This document shows, piece by piece, positions 9,347 to 18,092 of a DNA stretch of 28,959 nt. The position numbers and the translations under genes are program-made. The notes below the pieces were generated by a model. The model did no database searches, was not told the DNA's origin, and saw nothing but the letters and a program-made list of their open reading frames with translations. The DNA is from Oscillospiraceae bacterium. Lineage in GTDB: Bacteria > Bacillota > Clostridia > Oscillospirales > Oscillospiraceae. Numbering within the stretch: position 1 is the stretch's first letter; every line of letters begins with the position of its first letter. The stretch covers positions 1-28,959 of the forward strand of contig JAFYGM010000025.1 of assembly GCA_017543225.1 (NCBI GenBank). The letters are read 5' to 3'.

Positions 9347-9376
9347 TCACCCTCCGGCAGACCCGCCGGAGGGTGA
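9347..9376 (+). terminator. Hairpin terminator after the lyase gene
   Basis: CACCCTCCGGC-agaccc-GCCGGAGGGTG perfect 11-bp stem; weak U-tract (AAATCTTG), so partial read-through is possible. Confidence 0.5.
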
Positions 9377-9404
9377 AATCTTGCAAAAGCCTTGGTGAAA
9401 GACA

Positions 9405-10259
9405 ATGGTTCATTTTGACGTTCGGCCCATTACCGAACATGTAACGGAATTTCTCGGACGCTTCCATGAAAGAATGTATCTGGTGCAGGGATCAGAACGT
9501 GCGGTCTTGATTGACACGGGCTGCGGCTTCGGCTCTCTCAAGGCAGAGGTGGAGCGCGTGAATGAATTGCCGCTGACGGTTTTGCTGACCCACGGACATC
9601 AGGATCATGCAATGGGGGCCGTCGAATTTTCAAACGTGTATCTCAACCCCGAGGAGCGCGAGGTTTTGGAGTTCAGCTCCGACGCCGCTTTCCGGCTGCT
9701 CGGCTTAAGCATTTCCAGAGATGCAAGGCTTGTGACGCCTGAGGATATGCTGCCTCCTCCCAGTTTTGACGATCTTCTGCCGCTTCGAGCAGGAGACTGC
9801 TTCGCACTTGGTGGAACGACACTCGAAGCCTTTGCCTGTCCCGGACATACGCGGGGCCACCTTGTGTTTCTTGACCGCGAGCATCGGATTCTCTTTTCCG
9901 GCGATGCCGTGAGCAATGCCAGCTTTTTACTTGCAGAAGAATCCACCACAGTCGAAGAATACAGAGACAACCTGATTCGGCTCAAGGCAGCCTTGGAGGG
10001 CAGGGTGGACAGAATCTTAGAGGGACACGGCACGGGTGAGCTTCCCTTCGAAATTTTTGACGCAGTGATCTGCGTCTGCAATGAGGTGCTTGCAGGCGAC
10101 ACCGACCGCATTCCCTATGACCTTCGCGGCTATCGGGGCTTTACCGCAAAAGCGCGTCTTCCGCATTCTCTGCGTAGAGTGGATGGGAGAATGGGAAACC
10201 TGCTCTACCGGGAGGACAAGCTCTTCCGTGCGCAGGGGGAAGGAAAGAATCAGAACTGA
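9405..10259 (+). CDS. MBL-fold metallo-hydrolase
   Basis: LLTHGHQDHAMGA is the HxHxDH metallo-beta-lactamase motif; a downstream His (GHTRGH) is also present. Confidence 0.7.
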   Translation: MVHFDVRPITEHVTEFLGRFHERMYLVQGSERAVLIDTGCGFGSLKAEVERVNELPLTVLLTHGHQDHAMGAVEFSNVYLNPEEREVLEFSSDAAFRLLGLSISRDARLVTPEDMLPPPSFDDLLPLRAGDCFALGGTTLEAFACPGHTRGHLVFLDREHRILFSGDAVSNASFLLAEESTTVEEYRDNLIRLKAALEGRVDRILEGHGTGELPFEIFDAVICVCNEVLAGDTDRIPYDLRGYRGFTAKARLPHSLRRVDGRMGNLLYREDKLFRAQGEGKNQN

Positions 10260-10303
10260 CTTTGGAAAGAAGCGCCCGTCTGCATTTTCCAGACAGGAAC
10301 TCG

Positions 10304-10332
10304 TTGCGTTTCCGTCAAAGATGTGCTATACT
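10304..10332 (+). promoter_or_regulatory. Sigma-70-like promoter for the flavin-reductase-like gene
   Basis: TTGCGT-17-TATACT; small hairpins (GTCTG/CAGAC and GTCTC/GAGAC) flank it. Confidence 0.45.
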
Positions 10333-10363
10333 GGTCTCATTCTTGAGACAGGAGGGTTCTGAA

Positions 10364-10918
10364 ATGATCCGCAGAAACATCACGCTTTCGGAGTTTGCAG
10401 CCAGAGCAGCCGAGACACTTCCCAAGGGTGTCCTTTTGACCTCCCGCGTTGGTGACAAGATCAATTCCATGGTCATCGGCTGGGGAACCGTCGGCGTCAA
10501 TTGGGGTAAGCCCGTATTTGCGGCCTATGTTCGTGTGGGACGCTTCACGCGCGAGCTGTTAGATCAAAACCCGGAGTTTACCGTCAATCTTCCGCTTTCG
10601 GCTCCAGATCCGACTGTGATTGCAGTCTGTGGTGGGAAGAGCGGCAGAGAGATGGAAAAGCTGGAAGCATGCGGCTTGCATCCCGTACCGGGAGAGGCGG
10701 TCAGCGTTCCGGCAATTCTGGAGTTTCCTGTGACCGTTGAGTGCAGGATTCTCTATCGGCAGGAGCAGGAACCGGCGCATCTGCCCGAAGCGCTCCGTAC
10801 ACGCTATTATCCGCAGGAACGTGACAGTGCCTTTGCCGGTTCCAACCGGGATGCGCATGTGACCTATTTCGGAGAAATTCTGAACGCATACATCTTAGAG
10901 ACAGAAGAAGGAGACTAA
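10364..10918 (+). CDS. Flavin reductase-like (FMN-binding split-barrel) domain protein
   Basis: LLTSRVGDKINSMVIGWGTVGVNWGKPVFAAYVR matches the flavin_reduct/flavoredoxin core; GGAGGG RBS before ATG 10364. The longer ORF from 10262 lacks an RBS. Confidence 0.6.
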   Translation: MIRRNITLSEFAARAAETLPKGVLLTSRVGDKINSMVIGWGTVGVNWGKPVFAAYVRVGRFTRELLDQNPEFTVNLPLSAPDPTVIAVCGGKSGREMEKLEACGLHPVPGEAVSVPAILEFPVTVECRILYRQEQEPAHLPEALRTRYYPQERDSAFAGSNRDAHVTYFGEILNAYILETEEGD

Positions 10919-10922
10919 ACCC

Positions 10923-11624
10923 ATGAAAAAACCCGTCATCGGGGTCATCCCCCTTTTCGACCGGGAAAAGGATTCCATGTGGATGCTGCCTGCCTATTTT
11001 CAGGGCATTGAGACCGCAGGCGGCATTCCTGTTATGCTTTCTCTGTACGGAGCAGAGGACTGTGACCGGCTTTTCGATTTCTGTGACGGACTGGTGTTTA
11101 CCGGCGGGCATGACGTTGACCCGGCGCTCTATGGCGAAGCCGTCACAGAGGCTTGCGGCGAGCTATGTCCGGAGCGGGATCGTCTGGAGCCTGTCCTGCT
11201 TCACAAGGCGCTGGAGCGTTCCGTTCCGGCCCTCGGAATTTGCAGAGGCTTGCAGCTCATCAATGCCTGCCTCGGCGGAACGCTCTGGCAGGATCTTGCT
11301 ACCGAGCGCCCACAGACCCGCAATCACAGAATGGAGCGTCCTTATGATCGTGCGGAGCATTCCGTCACAATTTCCGGGCCGCTTGCGGATCTGTACCATG
11401 CGCAGACCCTTGGCGTCAATAGCTGTCATCATCAAGGAATCAAGACGCTTGCCCCCAGCCTGTGTGCAATGGCGGTTGCGGAGGACGGCCTGGTGGAGGC
11501 CGTCTATCATCCTGAGAAGCCCTTCCTTTGGGCGGTTCAGTGGCATCCTGAATTCTTCCATCCTGTGACCGGCCCAGGCGTTCCGATTTTCCGCGCGCTT
11601 GTGGACGCTGCAAAACACGAATAA
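10923..11624 (+). CDS. Class I glutamine amidotransferase / gamma-glutamyl-GABA hydrolase (peptidase C26) family
   Basis: GGHDVDPALYGE, the catalytic GICRGLQLIN (Cys) and HHQ...WHPE motifs; AAGGAG RBS. Confidence 0.7.
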   Translation: MKKPVIGVIPLFDREKDSMWMLPAYFQGIETAGGIPVMLSLYGAEDCDRLFDFCDGLVFTGGHDVDPALYGEAVTEACGELCPERDRLEPVLLHKALERSVPALGICRGLQLINACLGGTLWQDLATERPQTRNHRMERPYDRAEHSVTISGPLADLYHAQTLGVNSCHHQGIKTLAPSLCAMAVAEDGLVEAVYHPEKPFLWAVQWHPEFFHPVTGPGVPIFRALVDAAKHE

Positions 11625-11629
11625 AAACC

Positions 11630-11669
11630 CAGCGCAAGACGCCCCGTATGGTTCGGGCGTCTTGCGCTG
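11630..11669. terminator. Bidirectional terminator between the convergent amidotransferase (+) and murC (-) genes
   Basis: CAGCGCAAGACGCCC...GGGCGTCTTGCGCTG 15-bp perfect stem; the T-tract is on the minus-strand side (revcomp GGGTTTTTAT), so it is strongest for murC. Confidence 0.75.
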
Positions 11670-11691
11670 AGTGATTCCTGGCATCAGGGAA

Positions 11692-13065
11692 TCATGCGTT
11701 CTCGCAAATCATCTCACCGGCCTTATAAATATCGCCTGCGCCGACAGTCAGAAGAATATCGCCGGGTTGTGCGATGGAACGCAGGTATTCGGCGACCTCC
11801 GGAAGCGTGTCGAAGCAAACCGCGCCGGGAATTTTAGCTGCCAAATCGCTGGAATGAATGCCGAGAAGGTTCTGCTCACGCGCAGCATAGATTTCAGCCA
11901 GTACCAGAACATCCGGCTCCTGCAACGCTTCGACAAACTGATCGAACAGGTCGTGGGTGCGGGAATAGGTGTGCGGCTGGAAGGCAACGACGACACGCTG
12001 ATAGCCCATGAGCCGAACGGCCTTTAAAAGTGATTGCACCTCATGTGGATGGTGGGCGTAATCGTCATAGATATCCGCGCCGTTACAGTGCCCCTTGAAC
12101 TCCATCCGCCGTCCTGCCCCGGAGAAGGAGGCGAGGGCTTTTGCAGCGATTTCTCCGTCAATGCCCATGTGCCATGCAACGGCACATGCGCCAAGGGCGT
12201 TGTACAGATTGTGTTCGCCGTAGACGGCAAGCTCCAGATTACAGTAGGGAGCGCCGCCACAGATTACGGTGCTGCGACGATAATCGGAAGAGATGTTTAT
12301 GGGATGCACGTCGTTGGAGCTGCCCATTCCGAAGGATAGGAAGGACATTCCATGCAGCGTGTCGCGAACGTTTGCGTCGTCGCCATTCGCAATCAGGAGA
12401 CCGTCGGCGGGGACAAGCTCTGCAAAATGGCGGAACGAGGCTTTGATCTCATCAAGGTTTTTGAAGAAATCCAGATGGTCCTCTTCAATGTTGTTGATGA
12501 CAGCAACGGTGGGGAAAAAATTATGGAAGGAGTTGCAGTACTCACAACTCTCTGCAATAATGGTGTCGCCCTTTCCAATCCGGTGTCCGGCGTGCAGAAG
12601 AGGCAGATACCCGCCGATCATTACCGTGGGATCAAGCGCGGCCTCCATCAGAATGTGCGTAATCATGGCAGTGGTGGTCGTCTTTCCGTGCGTACCGGAG
12701 ATGCAAATTGCGTTGCGATACTCCCGCATCAGGAAGCCCCAAGCCTCGGCTCGCTCGAAAACAGGGATTCCAGCCGCTCGTGCGGCCAATATTTCAGGGT
12801 TGTCGTTGTGCGCGGCAGCGGTGCGGATCACACAAGCCGCACCGTGAAGGTTTTCCGCGCTGTGCCCAAACGAAACGCGGATGCCGCAGGAAGTCAGATC
12901 GTCGATGGGAACAGAGGAATTCATGTCCGATCCGGTGATCTCCAGACCGCGTTCGCGCAGGACAAGCGCGAGCGGGCGCATCGAAACGCCGCAGATCCCC
13001 ACAAGGTGGACGTGGGTTCCCGGCTGAAAACAGGAGCGAAGCTCCTGAATGGTTTTTTCTCGCAT
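11692..13065 (-). CDS. murC: UDP-N-acetylmuramate--L-alanine ligase
   Basis: GICGVSM, the P-loop GTHGKTTTTAM, and NNIEEDHLDFF Mur ligase motifs. Start set at MREK (13065), preceded by AGGAGG; the longer ORF to 13119 lacks an RBS. Confidence 0.9.
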   Translation of the reverse strand: MREKTIQELRSCFQPGTHVHLVGICGVSMRPLALVLRERGLEITGSDMNSSVPIDDLTSCGIRVSFGHSAENLHGAACVIRTAAAHNDNPEILAARAAGIPVFERAEAWGFLMREYRNAICISGTHGKTTTTAMITHILMEAALDPTVMIGGYLPLLHAGHRIGKGDTIIAESCEYCNSFHNFFPTVAVINNIEEDHLDFFKNLDEIKASFRHFAELVPADGLLIANGDDANVRDTLHGMSFLSFGMGSSNDVHPINISSDYRRSTVICGGAPYCNLELAVYGEHNLYNALGACAVAWHMGIDGEIAAKALASFSGAGRRMEFKGHCNGADIYDDYAHHPHEVQSLLKAVRLMGYQRVVVAFQPHTYSRTHDLFDQFVEALQEPDVLVLAEIYAAREQNLLGIHSSDLAAKIPGAVCFDTLPEVAEYLRSIAQPGDILLTVGAGDIYKAGEMICENA

Positions 13066-13239
13066 GACGGATGCCTCCTGACTGGGCCGCAGTCCATCCT
13101 CCGACCCGGATGATAACACACTTTCTATTTATTATAGTATGTTTTCTGTGTTTGTGCAAGTGTTATTTTTCATAAATCCCGACTTCCGGCATAGGTTTTC
13201 ATGAGCGTGTTCCATAACGGATGCAAAGGAGGAATGCAC

Positions 13240-14676
13240 ATGGAGCTTCTGTTGGAACGTCTGGAGCATACGGTCTGGGGATGGCCGCTGCTGACGCTCT
13301 TGCTTGGAACCGGTATCTATCTGATGCTTCGCTTGCGATTCTATCCGATCCTTGCACTGCCGCGCGCTATGCGCCTGCTGTTTCGCGGAAAGCAGGGAAG
13401 CGGCGAAGGTGTTTCCCCGTTTGGGGCGCTCTGCACCTCTCTGTCTGCAACGATCGGCACGGGGAATGTGATCGGTGTTGCGACAGCACTGACGCTTGGC
13501 GGGCCGGGCGCCCTGCTTTGGATGGAACTGAGCGCAGTGACCGGACTATCTCTGAAATATGTCGAGGGACTTTTGTCGATTCGATATCGGGAACGCGGGC
13601 CGGACGGATTGTGGCGAGGCGGCCCGAGCGTTTATATCCTGCGTGGGCTGGGACGGAAGGGGAGACCTCTGGCGATTGCCTTTGCGTGTTTCGGTGCGCT
13701 TGCAGGACTCTGCGGCGTCGGAACCTTTGTCCAGATCGGAAGCGTCAGTGCCTGCCTGAGCGCAATGCTTTCCAAGCTCGGACAGGGCATGACAGTGATC
13801 GTCCTTGCAAGCGGGAGAAAGGTTCCGCTTGCAGCGGTTTTCGTCGGACTCGCATTTTCTGTTCTGACCGGTCTTGTGATCTTCGGCGGGATTCGCCGCG
13901 TCAGCCGCGTATCTACCGTGCTGGTTCCGGTCATGGGCGGGCTTTATCTGCTCTGCTGTCTTTGGATCCTTTGCCGTTTCTCTGCTCAGATTCCGACGGC
14001 CCTGCGTTCCGTCCTGAAAGGCGCGTTTCATCCGGCTTCCGCGGCCTCCGGCCTGCTTGGGACCGTGACCGCAGGCGTCAGCCGCGGCGTGTTCTCCCAT
14101 GAGGCCGGACTTGGAACGGCTCCGATTGCTTCCGCCTCTGCGGAGGGCGTGTCACCGGAGGAACAGGGCCTGCTTTCCATGACTGCGATTGTGTTTGATA
14201 CCTTTCTTGTCTGTACGCTCACAGGGCTTGTTCTGCTGGTGACCGGAACGGACGGCGGTGGGATCAGTGCGGCAATGCAGGCCTTTGCGCAGGGCTTGCC
14301 GTTTTCGGCGGGCGTTTCCATGTCTCTGCTGGTTGGAATGCTGACCCTGTTTTCGTTCACGACGGTGATCGGCTGGAGCTGGTACGGAACGGCCTGTCTG
14401 GATGTGCTGACCGGTGGCAGCCATTTTGCGCGAACCTGCTACCTGATTGTGTATACGCTGACCGTTGCTGCTGCACCGTGGTGCTCAGCAAGAGGGGTCT
14501 GGTCTGCGGCAAATCTCTGCAATGCGTGTATGGCCATTCCAAACGTGAGTGCGATTCTGCTGTTGACGCCACGCATTGGAAAGGAAGCAGCCAGACGTTG
14601 TTCGATGGACGCCATGAAGAAAAAAGGAAAAAAACAGGCAAAACTACATGACATCTTCCCTGAAAATGTGTTATAA
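13240..14676 (+). CDS. agcS: Alanine/glycine:cation (sodium) symporter, AGCS family
   Basis: Multi-TM protein with GALCTSLSATIGTGNVIGVATAL and GLGTAPIASA signatures of AgcS; AGGAGG RBS before ATG 13240. Confidence 0.8.
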   Translation: MELLLERLEHTVWGWPLLTLLLGTGIYLMLRLRFYPILALPRAMRLLFRGKQGSGEGVSPFGALCTSLSATIGTGNVIGVATALTLGGPGALLWMELSAVTGLSLKYVEGLLSIRYRERGPDGLWRGGPSVYILRGLGRKGRPLAIAFACFGALAGLCGVGTFVQIGSVSACLSAMLSKLGQGMTVIVLASGRKVPLAAVFVGLAFSVLTGLVIFGGIRRVSRVSTVLVPVMGGLYLLCCLWILCRFSAQIPTALRSVLKGAFHPASAASGLLGTVTAGVSRGVFSHEAGLGTAPIASASAEGVSPEEQGLLSMTAIVFDTFLVCTLTGLVLLVTGTDGGGISAAMQAFAQGLPFSAGVSMSLLVGMLTLFSFTTVIGWSWYGTACLDVLTGGSHFARTCYLIVYTLTVAAAPWCSARGVWSAANLCNACMAIPNVSAILLLTPRIGKEAARRCSMDAMKKKGKKQAKLHDIFPENVL

Positions 14677-14677
14677 T
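14648..14677 (+). promoter_or_regulatory. Candidate internal promoter for the downstream phosphatase gene, inside the 3' end of agcS
   Basis: TGACAT-17-TGtTATAAT (extended -10) at 14648-14677. Confidence 0.35.
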
Positions 14678-14707
14678 CACTCCGAAGAACTCAATCAAAC
14701 CTCCCCT

Positions 14708-15511
14708 ATGGGAAGAAAGCGTGAAACCATGCTGCAAGCTATTTCAAAAATCGTCCGAAGCGCGGGAGAAATCCTTCTCTCTGCGCGTAAGCTGGAGCCT
14801 TCCGTCCGGGAAAAAACCGGGCCGCGCGACCTTGTAACGCAATACGATCTTCAAGTGCAGGTGTTTCTGCAGAAAAAACTGTTGGAGCTTATGCCGGAGG
14901 CTGGATTTCTGGGGGAGGAAGACGACAATCCTGTGGACCTCTCGCAGAAGGAATGGGTCTTTATCGTAGATCCCATTGATGGAACCACCAACTTTGTTCA
15001 AGGGTTTCACAATAGCTGTGTCAGCGTTGGGCTGGCACACTGCGGTACGATGGAATACGGTGTCGTCTATAACCCCTATGACGGGGAGCTCTATGCTGCC
15101 CAACGCGGTCACGGTGCGTTTCTCAACGAAAAGCCGATTGCCTGCAAGGATCGGGATTTGGAGCACAGTCTGCTGATCTTCGGTTCCGCGCTCTATTACC
15201 GCGATTTGGTTCCGCAAACCCTGCGGCTGTTTCAGGCAGCCTTCCCTGTGGTGCAGGATATTCGCCGCTTCGGATCGGCAGCCCTCGATCTTTGCTATCT
15301 GGCAGCGGGCAAGGCCGGGGTGTTTTTTGAGTGCCGCCTCTGCCCTTGGGACTATGCAGCCGGTTCCCTGATTGCGCAGGAGGCGGGCTGTGTGGTCAGT
15401 CGGATCGAAGGAGGAGCCGTAGATCTGTTCCGAAAGTCCAGCGTCCTTGCAGGGAGTCCTCAGGCATATCATGCCCTGTCTGAGCTGTTTCAGAAAATGG
15501 AGGAAGCTTGA
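14708..15511 (+). CDS. Inositol monophosphatase family protein (SuhB/ImpA-like)
   Basis: FIVDPIDGTTNF and WDYAAG motifs. Start is ambiguous (ATG 14708 or 14729; weak RBS). Confidence 0.75.
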   Translation: MGRKRETMLQAISKIVRSAGEILLSARKLEPSVREKTGPRDLVTQYDLQVQVFLQKKLLELMPEAGFLGEEDDNPVDLSQKEWVFIVDPIDGTTNFVQGFHNSCVSVGLAHCGTMEYGVVYNPYDGELYAAQRGHGAFLNEKPIACKDRDLEHSLLIFGSALYYRDLVPQTLRLFQAAFPVVQDIRRFGSAALDLCYLAAGKAGVFFECRLCPWDYAAGSLIAQEAGCVVSRIEGGAVDLFRKSSVLAGSPQAYHALSELFQKMEEA

Positions 15512-15512
15512 G

Positions 15513-17414
15513 ATGCGCGGAGTCTGCAAGTTGACACGCACTGCCATCCTGCTTCTGGCGCTCTGCCTGTTGCTTGCCGCCTGCGCCGAACCGATGCAGA
15601 CCTCTGACGCTTCCGCGGCTGGATCGCAAAGCAGGAGCGAGACGACGGAACCGACAGCAGCCTTCGTTTCAACGCTGATGCCCACGAATCCTTCGGAAAA
15701 GACCGAAATGACAGAAACGACTGCGCTTGCGACGGAACCGCAGGAAGCCATGGAGGAAGCGCTGCTTCGCTGGCAGAATGGTGGCATTCGGGACTATCTT
15801 CCGGATGCGCCGATTCGGATGATTCCCTTCTCGGAGATGCAATATGTCCGACCCGACACAGAGCGGTTGTTCTCAGATTTTGATGCGCTCACGAAGCAAG
15901 CACAGGACGGTCAGGCCGATTTCCTTCTGGCAGCGTATTTTGACCTCTTTACGCGGTACGTCAGCTTTGAGACGATGTATGAGCTTGCCTGGATTCGGTA
16001 CACTCTGGATACCACCGATACGGACTCCATGAACGAGTATCATGTATGTGAGGCAGAAGCAAATACGCTCGAGGAGAAGCTGGAGCGTTTGTTGAAGGCG
16101 TTTGCCGCCTCGCCCTGCCGTCAGGAACTGGAGAAGCAATACTTCGGGGACGGCTTCTTTCAGAGGTACGACGACATGGAGCGCTATACAAATCCGGAGT
16201 ACCTTCGTCTGTTGCAGGAGGAGGACGCGCTTCTGGCACAGTATCGCGAGATCACTGCCGATCCGCAGGTGACATATCAAAACAAGACCGGATCGTTGGA
16301 CGACTGGAGAAAAACAGAGGATTACGACACCTACTGGGCGGTCATGTCGGCCTATTATCACCAATACCACGAGGCGCTTGGCAGCCTGTTCATTCAGTTG
16401 ATTCGGGTTCGTCAGCAGCTTGCGGCAGCACTGGGCTTTGAAAGCTATGCCGATTACGCCTACGCCATCACCTATGACCGCGCCTATCCACCGGAGGAAG
16501 GACGCCGTTTTCTGCGGAAAATCCGGGATACTCTGGTTCCGGTTTATCAAGAAAGCCTGAAGAACCGCACGCTGCGCCGTCTGCGCTACGAAACAGCTTC
16601 GCAGGCGCAAATGCAGGAGATGCTGGCCTCTGCCGCAGAGCAGCTCGGCGGTACGATCTGCGATGCCTGGCAGTTTATGACGACTTATGATCTTTTCGAC
16701 ATTTCCTCTTCCGACAAAAAGCTGGAGGTTTCCTACCAAACCTATCTGCACGACTACGAGGCCCCGTTTGTTTTCGTCAATGCCTGTGGGACGGAAAAGA
16801 GTGATCTGACGTTTGCCCACGAATTCGGACATTTTGTGGAAAACTATTACAACTACGGAATCAGCGCGGATCTCGAGACGAACGAAACCTTCTCTATGGC
16901 AATGGAGTTTCTTGCGCTTCAATACACGCAGACGCTCTCTCAGCAGAAAAAGGACAATCTGCGTTTGCTTCGGCTTTGCGATACTGCACAAACCTTTGCA
17001 GCGGAAGCCTGCTACGCGGACTTTGAGATGCGCGTCTATGAGATGAACGCGGATACGTTGACGCCTGCAATGATTGACGCGTTGTACTGGACGTGCTGTG
17101 AGGAATACGGCATGCACGAGCGCCTGCCAAAGCATCCGGGCGAGATGAGCTGGTGCGACCAGTACACGTTCTATGAAGCGCCTTTCTATGTCATCAGCTA
17201 TTGCGTGTCGGCGGAAACAAGTTTGCAGGTTGCGGCGTTGGAGATGGAGCAGTGCGGAGCAGGCGTGGAGGCGTATCTGCGGCTCCTTGACCGGGACGAC
17301 GGCGCAGGAATCCAACAGGTGATGGAGGACGCGGGCCTGAAGAGTCCTTTTGCGGACGGGGCTTTGGAAAACGCTGCGGAATTCCTGCGAAGGGAACTGA
17401 ATCTTGACTCCTGA
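15513..17414 (+). CDS. Lipoprotein, M3 (oligoendopeptidase F-like) zinc metallopeptidase homolog
   Basis: Signal peptide plus lipobox MRGVCKLTRTAILLLALCLLLAAC, then an S/T/E-rich linker. HEFGH zinc motif (TFAHEFGHFVENYY) with a downstream Glu (SMAMEF). C-terminal block WCDQYTFYEAPFYVISYCVSAE parallels [23 protein letters not shown] of the pepF in this window. GGAGGA RBS; ATG overlaps the upstream stop (TGAGATG). Confidence 0.6.
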   Translation: MRGVCKLTRTAILLLALCLLLAACAEPMQTSDASAAGSQSRSETTEPTAAFVSTLMPTNPSEKTEMTETTALATEPQEAMEEALLRWQNGGIRDYLPDAPIRMIPFSEMQYVRPDTERLFSDFDALTKQAQDGQADFLLAAYFDLFTRYVSFETMYELAWIRYTLDTTDTDSMNEYHVCEAEANTLEEKLERLLKAFAASPCRQELEKQYFGDGFFQRYDDMERYTNPEYLRLLQEEDALLAQYREITADPQVTYQNKTGSLDDWRKTEDYDTYWAVMSAYYHQYHEALGSLFIQLIRVRQQLAAALGFESYADYAYAITYDRAYPPEEGRRFLRKIRDTLVPVYQESLKNRTLRRLRYETASQAQMQEMLASAAEQLGGTICDAWQFMTTYDLFDISSSDKKLEVSYQTYLHDYEAPFVFVNACGTEKSDLTFAHEFGHFVENYYNYGISADLETNETFSMAMEFLALQYTQTLSQQKKDNLRLLRLCDTAQTFAAEACYADFEMRVYEMNADTLTPAMIDALYWTCCEEYGMHERLPKHPGEMSWCDQYTFYEAPFYVISYCVSAETSLQVAALEMEQCGAGVEAYLRLLDRDDGAGIQQVMEDAGLKSPFADGALENAAEFLRRELNLDS

Positions 17415-17460
17415 TGCGGAAAGAATCCGGCGAGAAGGAATAATTCGGAAAAAAATGGGA

Positions 17461-17493
17461 ATCCTCCCTATGTACACAATTCAAAGGGAGGAT
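17461..17493 (+). promoter_or_regulatory. RBS-sequestering hairpin in the 5' UTR of the CBS-pair gene
   Basis: ATCCTCCCT (17461-17469) is the exact reverse complement of AGGGAGGAT (17485-17493), which contains the SD of the ATG at 17500; 15-nt loop. Confidence 0.45.
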
Positions 17494-17499
17494 GCACTT

Positions 17500-17928
17500 A
17501 TGCAAGTCAAGGATTTGATGTCCAGCCATTTGATTACGGTGGATCGAGAGGAGACCGTAGCTGCCGCTGCACGGCTTTTAAGCCGCCACAATGTCGGCGC
17601 ACTGCCTGTGACGACGCAGGGCGGGAAGCTGGTCGGCATGCTGACGGATCGAGATATTACTGTGCGCTGTGTCGCGGCAAACTATGATCCGAACGTGACA
17701 AGGGTGCGAACCGTCATGAGCGCAGGAGCCGTGACCGTTCCGGCAGGGGAGTCCAGCCTGCACGCGGCAAAAACGATGGGCCGCCATCAAGTGCGCCGAC
17801 TTCCGGTAACGGAGAACGGCAGGTTGGTTGGCATGGTGAGTCAAGGCGACTTTGCAACCCACGCAACAGCGAACGACGAGGCTGCCGGAGCCTTCCGTGA
17901 GATCTTTGAGTCCGGTGTCACGGATTAA
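17500..17928 (+). CDS. CBS-pair domain protein
   Basis: Two CBS motifs (HNVGALPVTTQGGKLVGMLTDRDI and HQVRRLPVTENGRLVGMVSQGDF); 142 aa from ATG 17500 with GGGAGG RBS. Confidence 0.7.
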   Translation: MQVKDLMSSHLITVDREETVAAAARLLSRHNVGALPVTTQGGKLVGMLTDRDITVRCVAANYDPNVTRVRTVMSAGAVTVPAGESSLHAAKTMGRHQVRRLPVTENGRLVGMVSQGDFATHATANDEAAGAFREIFESGVTD

Positions 17929-18092
17929 TCCGATTCTTTGATAAACCGCTTCAGAAAGAGTTACGGGGCAGCTTTGCGCCAGACGAGGCCAAGGACGCAG
18001 GCGGGCTTGACGCCCGGCAAGGACGACAACAAAGTGTGGCCAAAGCTGACCGAAAAGATGATGAATGGTTTTATTTGAGAATCGTATCAGGG

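Noticed and set aside
12352-13113. 253-aa ORF antisense to murC, and other frames inside murC (12034..12339, 12141..12446, 12293..12847)
   Set aside because: Shadow ORFs; murC carries unambiguous Mur ligase motifs on the minus strand.
13120-13239. Looked for a glycine riboswitch upstream of the AGCS symporter
   Set aside because: The leader is only about 120 nt, AT-rich and lacks the GGAGAG / ACCGAAGGGGCAA conserved cores; no riboswitch is supported.
13221-14102. 293-aa Arg-rich alternate-frame ORF inside agcS
   Set aside because: Composition artefact of the +1 frame of a GC-rich membrane-protein gene.
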